Shown piece after piece: positions 1-15,030 of a stretch of 64,000 nt of DNA. The DNA comes from the human T2T-CHM13v2.0 reference genome, Homo sapiens. The notes under the pieces were generated by a model. That model saw only the letters and a list, made by a program, of their open reading frames with translations, had not been told where the DNA came from and made no database searches. The stretch lies in NCBI RefSeq assembly GCF_009914755.1, contig NC_060933.1; one strand, 5' to 3'. Numbering within the stretch: position 1 is the first letter of the stretch; each line of letters opens with the position of its first letter. The translations under genes were made by a program, and so were the position numbers.

Positions 1-2010
1 CTATTCGGTTTAATTCCATTCCATTCCATTCCATTCCATTCCATTCTATTCCATTCCATTGCAATCGAGTTGAATCCATTGCATTCCATTCCATTCCATT
101 CCATTCCATTGCATTCCGGAAGATTCCATTCCATTGCATTCCATTCCATTCCATTCCATTCCATTCCATTCCATTCCATTCCATTCCATTGTACTCGGGT
201 TGATTCCATTCCATTGCATTGCATTCCATTCCATTCCATTCCATTCCATTCCGTTCCATTCCATTCCATTACATTCGGATTGATTCTTTTCAACTCCCTT
301 ACTCTCCATTACATTGCATTCCATTCGGGTAGTTTCCATTCCATTCCATTCCATTCCTCTCCATTCCATTGCATCGGGTTGATTCCATTCCATTCCATTC
401 CATTCCATTCCATTCCATTCCATTCCATTCCGGATGATTCCATTCCATTGCATTCCGTTCCATTACATTCCCCTGCACTCGCGTTGATTCCATTCCATTC
501 CATTCCATTCCATTCAATTCCATTCCATTACAATTCGTTCCATTCCATTCTATTCCGTACCATTCGATTCCATTCCATACCATTCCATTCCATTCCATTC
601 CGTTCCATTCCGTTCCATTCTGTTCCATTCCATTCCATTCCATTCTATTCGGGTTAATTCCATTCCATTCCATTCCATTCCATTCCATTCTGTTCCATTC
701 CATTGCATTCGAGTTGAATCCATTGCATTTCATTCCATTCCATTCCATTCCGGAAGATTCCATTCCATTGCATTCCATTCCATTCCATTCCCCTGCACTC
801 GCGTTGATTCCATTCCATTCCATTCCATTCCATTCCATCCATTCCGTTCCGTTCCGTTCCATTCCATTCCATTCCATTCCATTCCATTCCGTTCCGTTCC
901 ATTCCATTCCATTCCATTCTATTCGGGTTAATTCCATTCCATTCCATTCGATTGCAATCAAGTTGATTCCATTCCATTCCATTCCATTCCATTCCATTCC
1001 ATTCCATTCCATTCCTTTCCATTCCCTTCCGGATGTTCCCATTCCATTGCATTCCATTCCATTCCATTCCCCTCTACTCGGGTTGATTCCATTGCATTCC
1101 ATTCCAATCCATGCCATTCCACTCGTGTTGATTCCATTCTTTCCATTCCATTCAAGTTGAATCCATTCCATTGCATTCCATTCCATTCGATTCCATTCGA
1201 TTGCACTCGGGTTGATTCCATTCCATTGCATTCCATTCCATTCCATTCCATTCCATTCCATTCCATTCCGTTCCATTCCATTGCATTACATTCGGATTGA
1301 TTCTATTCAATTCCCTTACAATCCATTACATTCCATTCCATTCGGGTAGTTTCCATTCCATTCCATTCCATTCCTCTCCATTCCATTGCACTCGGGTTGA
1401 TTCCATTCCATTGCATTCCATTCCATTCCATTCAATTCCATTCCGTTCCATTCCATTCCATTACATTCGGATTGATTCTATTCAACTCCCTTACTCTCCA
1501 TTACATTCCATTCCATTCGGGTTGTTCCATTCCATTCCATTCCATTCCACTCCATTCCATTGCACTCGGGTTTATTCCATTCCATTCCATTCCATTCCAT
1601 TCCATTCCATTCCATTCCATTCCTTTCCGTTCCATTCCATTCCATTCCATTCCATTCCAATCCATTCCATTCCGTTCCGTTCCGTTCCATTCCATTCCAT
1701 TCCATTCTATTCGGGTTAATTCCATTCCATTCCATTCGATTGCAATCGAGTTGATTCCATTCCATTCCATTCCATTCCATTCCATTCCATTCCATTCCAT
1801 TCCTTTCCATTCCATTACGGATGATTCCATTCCATTGCATTCCATTCCATTCCATTCCCCTGTACTCGGTTTGATTCCATTCCATTGCATTCCAATCCAT
1901 GCCCTTCCACTCATGTTGATTCCATTCTTTCCATTCCATTCAAGTTGAATCCATTCCATTGCATTCCATTCCATTCCATTCCCCTGCAGTCGGGTTGATT
2001 CCATTCCATT
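1..2010 (+). repeat. Family-B subarray segment in CATTC orientation
   Basis: Reverse complements of family-B words: CAACTCCCTTACTCTCC (~291, ~1483), CGGGTAGTTTCC (~326, ~1344), TTCAAGTTGAATCC (~1151, ~1939), TTACAATTCGTTC (~528). Confidence 0.8.
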
Positions 2011-5000
2011 CCATTCCATTCCATTCCATTCCATGCCATTCCACTCGTGTTGATTCCATTCCTTTCCATTCCATTCGAGTTGAACCCATTCCATTCCATT
2101 CCATTCCATTCCATTCCAATCCATTGCACACGGGTTCATTCCATTCCATTCCATTCCATTCCGTTCCAATCCATTCCGTTCCATTCAATTCCATTCCATT
2201 CTGTTCAGGTTAATTCCATTCTATTCCTTTCCCTTCCATTCCATTCCATTCCATCCCATTGCAATCGAGTTGATTCCATTGCATTCCATTCCATTACATT
2301 CCATTGCATTCCATTCCATTCCATTCCCCTGCACTCAGGTTGATTCCATTCGATTCCATTCCATTCCATTCCATTCCATTCCGTTCCATTCCATTCCATT
2401 CCATTCTATTCGCGTTAATTGCATTCCATTCCATTCCATTACATTCCATTGCAATCGAGTTGATTCCATTCCATTCCGTTCCATTCCATTCCATTCCATT
2501 CCATTTCGTTCCATTCCATTCTATTCCGTACCATTCCATTCCATTCCATTCCATTCCATTCCATTCCATTCCATGCCATTCCACTCGGGTTGATTCCATT
2601 GCTTTCCATTCCATTTGGGTTGAATCCATTCCATTCCATTCCATTCCATTCCATTCCATTCCATTGCACTAGGTTTGATTCCATTCCACTGCATTCCATT
2701 CCATTCCATTCCATTCCGTTCCATTCCATTCCATTACATTCGGATTGATTGTATTCAATTCCCTTACACTCCATTTCATTCCATTCCATTCGGGTTGTTT
2801 CCATGTCATTCCATTCCATTCCACTCCATTCCATTGCACTCGGGTTGATTCCATTCCATTCCATTCCATTCTATTCCATTTCGTTCCATTCCATTCTATT
2901 CGGTACCATTCCATTCCATTCCATTCCCTTCCATTCCATTCCATTCCATTCCATGCCATTCCACTTGGGATAATTCCCTTCCTTTCCATTCCATTCGGGT
3001 TGAATCCATTCCATTCCATTCCATTCCAATCCATTCCATTCCTTTCCATTCCATTGCACACGGGTTGATTCCATTCCATTCCTTTCTGTTCCATTCCGGA
3101 TGACTCCATTCCATTGCATTCCATTCCATTCCCCTGCACTCGGGTTCATTCCATTCCATTCCATTTACTTCCATTCCATTCCATTCCATTCCATTCCATT
3201 CTATTCGGGTTAATTCCATTCCATTCCATTCCATTCCATTCCATTCCGTTCCATTCAATTCCATTACATTCGGATTGATTCTTTTTAATTCCCTTACACT
3301 CCATTACATTCTATTCCATTCGGGTAGTTTCCATACCATTCCATTCCATTCCACTGCATTCTATTGCACTCGGGTTGATTGATTCCATTCCATTGCATTC
3401 CATTCCATTCCATTCCATTCCGGATGATTCCATTCCAATGCATTCCATTGCATTCCATTCCCCTGTACTCGGGTTGATCCCATTCCATTGCATTCCATTC
3501 CATTCCATTCCATTCCATTCCATTCCATTCCGTTCCGTTCCATTCCATTCCCTTCCATTCTGTTCAGGTTAATTCCATTCCATTCCATAACCTTCCATTC
3601 CATTCCATTCCATTCCATTCCATTCCATGCCATTCCACTCGGGTTAATTCCATTCCTTTCCATTCCATTCGAGTTGAACCCATTCCATTCCATTCCATTC
3701 CATTCCATTCCACTCGGGTTGATTCCATTCCTTTCCATTCCATTCGGGTTGAAACCATTCCATTCCATTCCATTCCTTTCGATTCCATTCCATTTCACTC
3801 GGGTTGATCCCATTCCATTCCATTCCATTCCATTCCATTCCATTCTATTCGGGTTAATTCCATTCCATTCCATTCCATTCCATTCCCTTCCATTCCATTC
3901 TATTCCATTCCATTCCATTCCATTCCATTCTAGTAGGGTTAATTCCATTCCATTCCATTCCATTCCATTCCATTCCATTCCATTCCATTCCATTCCATTC
4001 TAGTAGGGTTAATTCCATTCCATTCCATTCCATTCCATTCCATTCCATTCCATTACATTGCAATCGAGTTGATTCCATTCCATTCCATTCCATTCCATTC
4101 CATTCCATTCCATTGAACTCGGGTTGATTCCATTCCATTCCATGCCATTCCATTTAATTCCATTCCATTCCATTCCATTCCATTCCATTCCATTCCATTC
4201 CTTTCCGTTCCATTCAATTACATTCGGATTGATTCTATTCAATTCCCTTACACTCCAATACATTCTATTCCATTCGTGTTGTTTCCATTCTATTCCATTC
4301 CATGCCACTCCATTCCATTGCACTCTGGTTGATTCCATTCCATTCCCTTCCATTTCGTATGACTCCATTCCATTTCATTCCATTGCATTGCTTTCCCCTG
4401 CACTCGAGTTGATTACATTCCATTCCATTCCCTTCCTTTCCGTTCCATTCCATTCTATTCGGGTTAATTCCATTCCATTCCATTGCATTCCATTCCCTTC
4501 CATTCCATTCCATTCCATTACATTCCATTCCCTTCGATTCTATTCGGGTTAATTCCATTCCATTCCATTCCATTCCATTCCATTCCATTCCATTCCATTG
4601 CAATCGAGTTGATTCCATTCCATTCCATTCCATTCCATTCCGGATGATTCCATTCCATTGCCTTTCATTCCATTCCATTACCATGCACTCGGGTTGTTTC
4701 CATTCCATTCCATTCCATTCCATTCCATTCCATTTCATTCCATTCGATTCTAATCCGCACCATTCAATTCCATTCCATTCCATTCCATTCCATTCCATTC
4801 CAGTCCATGCCATTCCACTCGGGTTGATTTCATTCCTTTCCATTCCATTCGAGTTGTATCCTTTCCATTCCATTCCATTCCATTCGATTCCATTCCATTG
4901 CACACGGGTTCATTCCATTCCATTCCATTCCATTCCATTCCATTCCATTCCATTCCATTTCGTTCCATTCCATTCTATTCCGTACCATTCCATTCCATTC

Positions 5001-7289
5001 CAGTCCATTCCATGCCATTCCACTCAGGTTGATTCCATTCCTTTCAATTCCAGTTGGGTTGAATCCATTCCATTCCATTCCATTCCATTCGATTCCATTA
5101 CATTACACTCGGGTTGATTCCAATCCATTCCATTCCATTCCATTCCATTCCATTCCATTCCATTCCATTCCATACCATTCCATTCCATTCCATTCCATGC
5201 CATTCCACTCGGGTTGATTCCATTCCTTTCCATTCCTTTCGAGTTGAACCCATTCCATTCCATTGCATTCCATTCCATTCCATTCCATTGCACACGGGTT
5301 CATTCCATTCCATTCCATTCCATTCCATTCCATTCCATTTCGTTCTTTTCCATTCTATTCCGTACCATTCCATTCCATTCCATTCCATTCCATTCCATGC
5401 CATTCCACTCGGGTTTATTCCATTCCTTTCCATTGCATTCGGGTTCAATCCATTCCATTCCCTTCCATTCCATTCAATTCCATTCCATTGCACTCGGGTT
5501 GATTCCATTCCATTCCATGCCATTCCATTTCATTCCATTCCATTCCATTCCATTCCATTCTATTCCGTTCCATTCCATTCAATTACATTCGTATTGATTC
5601 TTTTTAATTCCCTTACACTCCATTACATTCCATTCCATTCGGGTACTTTCCATTCCATTCCATTCCATTCCACTGCATTCTATTGCACTCGGGTTGATTG
5701 ATTCCATTCCATTGCATTCCATTCCATTCCATTCCCCTGAACTCGGGTGGATTCCATTCCATTCCATTCCATTCCATTCCGTTCCATTCCATTCCATTCC
5801 ATTCTGTTCAGGTTAATTCCATTCCATTCCATTCCCTTCCATTCCATTCCATTCTATTCCATTCCATTCCATTCCATTCCTCTGCACTCAGTTTGATTCC
5901 ATTCCATTCCATTCCATTCCATTCCGTTCCATTCCATTCCAATCCACTTTATTCGCATTAATTCCATTCAATTCCATTCCATTACATTCCATTGCAATCG
6001 AGTTGATTCCATTCCATTCCATTCCATTCCATTCAAGTCCTTTCCATTCCATTCCACTCGTGTTGATTCCATTTTATTAGTTTCCATTCCATTCCATTCC
6101 CTTCCATTCCACTCTGGTTGATTCCATTCCTTTCCATTCTACTCGATTGCATTCCCTTCTAATCCACTTGGATTGATTCCATTCCATTCCGTTCCATTCC
6201 ATTCCATTTCGTTCCATTCCATTCTATTCCATTCCATTCCATTCCATTCCTTTCCATTCCATTCCGTTCCATTCCATTCCATTCCATTCCATTTCTTTCC
6301 ATTCCATTCTATTCCATACCATTCCATTCCATTCCGTTGCATGCCATTCCACTCGGGTTGATTCCATTGCTTTCCATTCCATTTGGGTTGAATCCATTCC
6401 ATTCCATTCCATTCCATTCCATTCCATTCCATTCCATTCCGTTCCATTCCATTCCATTACATTCGTATTGATTGTATTCAATTCCCTTACACTCCATTCC
6501 ATTCCATTCCATTCGGGTTGTTTCCATTCCATTCAATTCCTTTCCACTCCATTCCATTGCAGTCGGGTTGATTCCATTCCATTCCATTCCATTCCTTTCC
6601 ATTCCATTTCGTTCCATTCCATTCTATTCCATACCATTCCATTCCATTCCATTCCATTCCATTCCATTCCATTCCATGCCATTCCACTCGGGTTGATTCC
6701 TTTCCATTCCATTCCATTCGGGTTGAAACCATTCCATTCCATTCTATTCCATTGCATTCCGGATGATTGCATTCCATTGCCTTGCATTCAATTGCATTCC
6801 CCTGCACCCGGGTTGATTCCATTCCATTCCATTCCATTCCATTCCGTTCCCTTCCATTCCATACCATTCCATTCCATTCCAATCCATTCTATTCGGGTTA
6901 ATTCCATTCCATTCCATTCCATTCCATTCAATTTCATTGTAATCGGGTTGATTCCATTCCGTTCCATTCCATTGCATTCCATTCCATTCCATTCCATTCC
7001 ATTCCATTCCACTCGGGTTGATTCCATTCCTTTCCATTCCATTCGGGGTGAAGCCTTTCCATTCCATTCCATTCCTTTCGATTCCATTCCATTGCACTCG
7101 GGTTGATCCCATTCCTTTGCATTCCATTCCATTCCATTCCATTCCATTCCATTACATTCCATTCCGTTCCATTCAATTCCATTACATTCGGATTGATTCT
7201 ATTCAATTCCCTTACAATCCATCACATTCCATTCCATTCGGTTTGTTTCCATTCCATTCCATTCCATTAAATTCCATTCCATTCCATTC

Positions 7290-10200
7290 CATTCCGTATG
7301 ATTCCATTCCATTGCATTCTATTCCATTCCATTCCCCTGCACTCAGGTGGATTCCATTCTATTCCATTCCATTCCATTCCATTCCATTCCATTCCATTGA
7401 AATCGAGTTGATTCCATTCCATTCTATTCCATTCAATTCCATTCCATTCCATTCTATTCTGGTTAATTCCATTGCATTCCATTCCATTCCCTTCCATTCC
7501 ATTCCATTCTATTCCATTCCATTCCATTCTATTAGGGTTAATTCCATTCCATTCCATTCCATTCCATTCCATTCCATTCCATTGCAATCGAGTTGATTCC
7601 ATTCCATTCTATTCCATTCCATTCCATTCAATTCCATTGAACTCGGGTTGATTCCATTCCATTCCATGCCATTCCATTTCATTCCAATCCATTGCCTTCC
7701 ATTCCATTCCATTCCTCTGCACTCGGGTTGATTCCATTCCTTTCCATTCCATTCCATTCCATTCCATGCCATTCCACACGGGTTGATTCCATTACTTTCC
7801 ATTCCATTCGAGTAGAATCCATTCCATTCGATTCCATTCCATTCCATTCCATTCCATTGCTCACGGATTCATTGCATTCCATTCCATTCCATTCCATTCT
7901 ATTCCATTTCATTCCATTTCTTTCCATTCCATTCTCTTCCGTACCATTCCATTCCATTCCATTCCACTTCATTCCATGCCATTCCACTCGGGTTTATTCC
8001 ATTCCTTTCCATTCCATTCGGGTTGAATTCATTCCATTCCATTCCATTCCATTCCATTCCATTGCACTCGGGTTGATTCCATTCCATTCCATTCCATTTC
8101 ATTCCATTCCCTTCCATTCCATTCCCTTCCATTCCATTCCATTCCATGCCATTCCACTCGGGTTGATTCCATTCCTTTCCATTCCATTCCAGTTGAACCC
8201 ATTCCATTCTATTCCATTCCATTCCATTCCATTCCATTCCATTGCACACGGGTTCATTCCATTCCAATCCATTCCATTCCATTCCATTCCATTCCATTTC
8301 GTTCCATTCCATTCTATTCCTTACCATTCCATTCCATTCCATTCCCTTCCATGTCATTTCACTCGGGTTTATTCCATTCCTTTCCATTCCATTCCGGTTG
8401 AATCCATTCCATTCCATTCCATTCCATTCCATTGAACTCGGGTTGATTCCATTCCATTCCATGCCATTCCATTTCATTCCATTCCATTCCATTCCGTTCC
8501 ATTCCATTCCATTCCTTTCCGTTCAATTCCATTACATTCGGATTGATTCTTTTTAATTCCCTTACACTCAATTACATTCCATTCCATTCGGGTACTTTCC
8601 ATTCCATTCCATTCCATTCCTCTGCATTCTATTGCACTCGGGTTGATTGATTCCATTCCATTGCATTCCATTCCATTCAGGATGATTCCATTCCATTGTA
8701 TTCCCTTCCATTCCATTCCCCTGCACTCGTGTTGATTCCATTCCTTTCCATTCCATTCCATTCCGTTCCATTCCATTCCATTACATTCGTACTGATTGTA
8801 CTCAATTCCCTTACACTCCATTACATTCCATTCCATTCGGGCTGTTTCCATTCCATTACATTCCATTCCACTCCATTCCATTGCAGTCAGGTTGATTCCA
8901 TTCCATTCCATTCCATTTCATTCCATTCCATTCCATTTCGTTCCATTCTTTCTATTCCTTAACATTCCATTCCGTTCCATTCCATTCCATTCCATGCCAT
9001 TCCACTCGGGTTGATTCCATTCCTTTCCATTCCATTCGGGTTGAATCCATTCCATTCCATTCCATTCCATTCCTTTCCGTATGATTCCATTCCATTGCAT
9101 TCCATTCCATTCCATTCACCTGCACTCGGGTGGATTCCATTCTATTCCATTCCATTCCATTCCATTCCATTCCATTCCATTCCATTCCATTCCATGCCAT
9201 TCCATTCCATTCTATTCGGGTTAATTTCATTCCATTCCATTCCATTCCATTTCATTCCATTCCATTCCCTTTCATTCCATTCCATTCCTTTCCATTCCAT
9301 TCCATTGAAATCGAGTTGATTCCATTCCATTCCATTCCATTCCATTCCATTCCATTCCATTCCATTCCATTCCGTTCCAATGCATTCCATTCTATTCAGG
9401 TTAATTCCATTCCATTCCATTCCATTCCATTCCATTCCATTCCATTCCATTCCATTCTATTAGGGTTAATTCCATTCCATTCCATTCCATTCCATTCCAT
9501 TCCATTCCATTCCATTTCAATCGAGTTCATTCCATTCCATTCCATTCCATTCCGTTCCATTCCATTCAATTCCTGATGATTCCCTTCCATTTCCTTCCAT
9601 TCCATTCCATTCCCCTGCACTCGGGTTGATTCCGTTCCATTCCATTCCATTCCATTCCATTCCATTCCATTCCATTCCATTCCATTTCGTTCCATTCCAT
9701 TCTATTCCGTACCATTCCATTCCATTCCATTCCATTCCATTCCATTCCATTCCATTCCATGCCATTCCACTCGGGTTGATTCCATTCCTTTCCATTCCAT
9801 TCGAGTTGAACCCATTCCATTCCATTCCATTCCATTCCATTCCTTTCCATTCCATTCCATTTCGTTCCATTCCATTCTCTTCCGTAGTATTCCATTCCAT
9901 TCCATTCCACTCCATTCCATGCCATTCCACTCGGGTTTATTCCATTCCTTTCCATTCCATTCGGGTTGAATTCATTCCATTCCATTCCATTCCATTCCAT
10001 TCAATTCCATTACATTGCACTCGGGTTGATTCCATTCCATTCCATTCCATTTCAATCCATTCCCTTCCATTCCGTTTCATTCCATTCCATTCCATTCCAT
10101 TCCATGCCATTCCACTCGGGTTGATTCCATTCCTTTCCATTCCATTCTGGTTGAACCCATTCCATTCCATTCCATTCCATTCCATTCCATTGCACACGGG

Positions 10201-10620
10201 TTCATTCCATTCCATTCCATTCCATTCCATTCCATTCCATTCCATTCCATTTCGTTCCATTCCATTCTATTCCTTACCATTCCATTCCATTCCTTTCCCT
10301 TCCATGCCATTTCACTCGGGTTTATTCCATTCCTTTCCATTCCATTCGGGTTGAATCCATTCCATTCCATTCCATTCCATTTGATTCCAATCCATTGAAC
10401 TCGGGTTGATTCCATTCCATTCCAAGCCATTCCATTTCATTCCATTCCATTCCATTCCATTCCATTCCATTCCGTTCCATTCCATTCCATTACATTCGGA
10501 TTGATTCTTTTTAATTCCCTTACACTCCATTACATTCCTTTCCATTCGGGTAATTTCCATTCCATTCCATTCCATTCCACTGCATTCTATTGCACTCGGG
10601 TTGATTGATTCCATTCCATT
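7290..10620 (+). repeat. ~1.9-kb-offset direct duplication in the left arm
   Basis: ATTCTCTTCCGTA 7931/9874, GGTTGAATTCATT 8021/9964, ATTGAACTCGGG 8431/10394, GGGTTGATTGATT 8640/10598, CTATTAGGGTTAA 7528/9457. Confidence 0.75.
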
Positions 10621-10759
10621 GCATTCCATTCCATTCCATTCCCCTGCTCTCGGGTTGATCCCATTGCATTGCATTCCATTCCATTCCATTCCATTCCATT
10701 CCATTCCGTTCCATTCCATTCCATTCCATTCTGTTCAGGTTAATTCCATTCCATTCCAT

Positions 10760-13700
10760 TCCATCCCATTGCAATCTAGTTGATTCCATTGCATTCCATT
10801 CCATTCCATTCCATTCCATTCCATTGCATTCCATTCCATTCCATTCTCCTGCACTCAGATTGATTCCATTCCATCCCATTCCATTCCATTCCGTTCCATT
10901 ACATTCCATTCCATTCTATTCGCGTTAATTCCATTCCATTCCATTCCATTACATTCCACTGCAATCGAGTTGATTCCATTCCATTCCGTTCCATTCCATT
11001 CCATTCCATTCCATTTCGTTCCATTCCATTTTATTCTGTACCATTCCATTCCATTCCATTCCATTCCATTCCATTCCATTCCATGCCATTCCACTCGGGT
11101 TGATTCCATTGCTTTCCATTCCATTTGGGTTGAATCCAATCCATTCCATTCCATTCCATTCCATTCCATTCCATTCCATTCCATTGCACTAGGTTTGATT
11201 CCATTCCACTGCATTCCATTCCATTCCATTCCGTTCCATTCCATTCCATTACATTCGGATTGATTGTATTCAATTCCCTTACACTCCATTACATTCCATT
11301 CCATTCGGGTTGTTTCCATTCCATTACATTCCATTCCACTCCATTCCATTGCACTCAGGTTGATTCCATTCCTTTCCATTCCATTTCGTTCCATTCCATT
11401 CTATTCCGTACCATTCCATTCCATTCCATTCCATTACATGCCATTCCACTCAGGTTTATTACATTCCTTTCCATTCCATTCGGGTTGAATCCATTCCATT
11501 CCATTCCATTCCATTCCATTCCATTCCATTCCTTTGCACTCGGGTTGATTCCATTCCATTCCCTGCCATTCCATTTCATTCCATTCCATTCCATTCCATT
11601 CCATTCCATTCCATTCCATTCCGTTCCATTCCATTCCATTACATTCGGATTGATTGTATTCAATTCCCTTACACTCCATTACATTCCATTCCATTCGGGT
11701 TGTTTCCGTTCCATTACATTCCATTCCACTCCATTCCATTGCATTCAGGTTGATTCCATTCCATTCCATTCCATTCCATTCCATTCCATTCCATTCCATT
11801 CCATTCCATTTCGTTCCATTCCATTCTATTCCGTACCATTCCATTCCATTCCATTCCATTCCATGCCATTCCACTCGGGTTGATTCCATTCCTTTCCATT
11901 CCATTCGGGTTGAATCCATTCCATTCCATTCCATTGCATTCCGTTCCATTCCATTCCCCTGCAATCGGGTGGATTCCATTCTATTCCATTCCATTCCATT
12001 CATTCCATTCCATTCCATTCCATTTCGTTCCATTCCATTCTATTCCATACCTTTCCATTCCATTCCATTCCATTCCATTCCATGCCATGCCATTCCACTC
12101 GGGTTGATTCCATTCCTTTCCATTCCATTCTAGTTGAATCCATTTCATTGCATTCCATTCCATTCGATTCCATTCAATTGCACACGGGTTCATTCCATTC
12201 CATTCCATTCCATTCCATTCCATTCCATTCCATTCCATTTCGTTCCATTCCATTCTATTCCATACCATTCCCTTCCATTCCATTCCATTCCACTCCATTC
12301 CATGCCATTCCACTCGGGTTTATTCCGTTCCTTTCCATTCCATTCGGGTTGAATCCATTCCATTCGGGTTGAATCCATTCCATTCCATTCAATTCCATTC
12401 CATTCCATTCCATTCCATGCCATTCCACTCGGGTTGATTCCATTCCTTTCCATTCCATTCGAGTTGAACCCATTCCATTCCATTCCATTGCATTCGATTC
12501 CATTCCATTCCATTGCTCACGGGTTCATTCCATCCAATTCCATGCCATTCCATTGCATTCCATTCCATTTCGTTCCATTCCATTCTACTCCTTACCATTG
12601 CATTCCATTCCATTCCCTTCCATGCCATTTCACTCGGGTTTATTCCTTTCCTTTCCATTCCATTCGGGTTGAATCCATTCCATTCCATTCCATTGCATTC
12701 CATTCCATTCCATTCCCCTGTAATCGGGTGGATTCCATTCTATTCCATTCCATTCCATTCCATTCCATTCCATCCCATTCCATTCCATTTCGTTCCATTC
12801 CATTCTATTCCGTACCTTTCCATTCCATTCCATTCCATTCCATTCCATGCCATGCCATTCCACTCGGGTTGATTCCATTGCTTTCCATTCCATTTGGGTT
12901 AAATCTAATCCATTCCATTCCATTCCATTCCATTCCATTCCATTGCACTAGGTTTGATTCCATTTCACTGCATTCCATTCCATTCCATTCCATTAAATTC
13001 CATTCCACTCGGGTTGATTCCATTCCTTTCCATTCCATTCGTGTTGAATCCATTCCATTCCATTCCATTACTTTCGATTCCATTCCATTGCACTCGGGTT
13101 GAACCCATTCCATTGGATTCCATTCCATTCCATTGCATTCCATTCCGTTCCATTCCATTCCATTACATTCGTATTGATTCTATTCACTTCCCTTACACTC
13201 CATTCCATTCCATTACATTCGTATTGATTCTATTCAATTCCCTTACACTCCATTCCATTCCATTCCATTCGGGTTGTTTCCATTCCATTCCATTCCATTC
13301 CACTCCATTCCATTGCAATCGGGTTGATTCCATTCCATTCCATTCCCTTCCATTCCATTCCATTCCATTACATCCCATCCAATTGCAATCGAGTTGATTC
13401 CATTGCATTCCATTCCATTCCATTCCATTCCATTGCATTCCATTCCATTCCATTCCCCTGCACTCAGATTGATTCCATTCCATCCCATTCCATTCAATTC
13501 CGTTCCATTCCATTCCATTCCATTCTATTCGCGTTAATTCCATTCCATTCCATTACATTCCATTGCAATCGAGTTGATTCCATTCCATTCCGTTCCATTC
13601 CATTCCATTCCATTCCATTTCGTTCCATTCCATTCTATTCCGTACCATTCCATTCCATTCCATTCCATTCCATTCCATTCCATTCCATGCCATTCCACTC

Positions 13701-15030
13701 GGGTTGATTCTATTGCTTTCCATTCCATTTGGGTTGAATCCAATCCATTCCATTCCATTCCATTCCATTCCATTCCATTGCACTAGGTTTGATTCCATTC
13801 CACTGCATTCCATTCCATTCCATTCCGTTCCATTCCATTCCATTACATTCGGATTGATTGTATTCAATTCCTTACACTCCATTACATTCCATTCCATTCG
13901 GATTGATTGTATTCAATTCCTTACACTCCATTACATTCCATTCCATTCGGGTTGTTTCCATTCCATTCCATTCCATTCCATTCCATTCCATTCCATTCCA
14001 TTGCACTCAGGTTGATTCCATTCCATTCCATTCCATTCCATTCCATTCCATTTCGTTCCATTCCATTCTATTCCGTACCATTCTATTCCATTCCATTCCA
14101 TTCCATGCCATTCCACTCGGGTTTATTCCATTCCTTTCCATTCCATTCGGGTTGAATCCATTCCATTCCATTCCATTCCATTCCATTCCATTCCATTCCA
14201 TTGCACTCGGGTTGATTCCATTCCATTCCCTGCCATTCCATTTTATTCCATTCCATTCCATTCCATTCCATTCCATTCCATTGCATTCCATTCCATTCCA
14301 TTCCAGTCCATTCCATTACATTCGGATTGATTGTATTCAATTCCCTTACACTCCATTACATTCCATTACATTCGTGTTGTTTCCGTTCCATTACATTCCC
14401 TTCCACTCCATTCCATTGCACTCAGGTTGATTCCATTCCATTCCATTCCATTCCATTCCATTCCATTCCATTCCATTTCGTTCCATTCCATTCTATTCCC
14501 TACCATTCCATTCCATTCCATTCCATTCCATGCCAATCCACTCGGGTTGATTCCATTCCTTTCCATTCCATTCGGGTTGAATCCATTCCATTCCATTCCA
14601 TTCCATTCCATTCCATTCCATTCCATTCCATTCCCCTGCAATCGGGTGGATTCCATTCTATTCCATTCCATTCTATTCCATTCCTTTCCATTCCATTCCA
14701 TTCCATTCCATTTCGTTCCATTCCATTCTATTCCGTACCATTCCTTTCCATTCCATTCCATTCCATTCCATGCCATGCCATTCCACTCGGGTTGATTCCA
14801 TTCCTTTCCATTCCATTCTAGTTGAATCCATTCCATTGCATTCCATTCCATTCGATTCCATTCAATTGCACACGGGTTCATTCCATTCCATTCCATTCCA
14901 TTCCATTCCATTTCGTTCCATTCCATTCTATTCCGTACCATTCCCTTCCATTCAATTCCATTCCACTCCATTCCATGCCATTCCACTCGGGTTTATTCCA
15001 TTCCCTTCCATTCCATTCGGGTTGAATCCA
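10760..15030 (+). repeat. ~2.6-2.7-kb-offset direct duplication in the left arm
   Basis: CTATTCGCGTTAA 10916/13525, CCCTGCCATT 11561/14228, CTAGTTGAATCC 12130/14818, CAATTGCACACGGG 12175/14863. Confidence 0.8.

Noticed and set aside
7532-7540. Interstitial telomeric repeat array
   Set aside because: Only single 9-mers explained by a point variant of a satellite word; there is no tandem TTAGGG.
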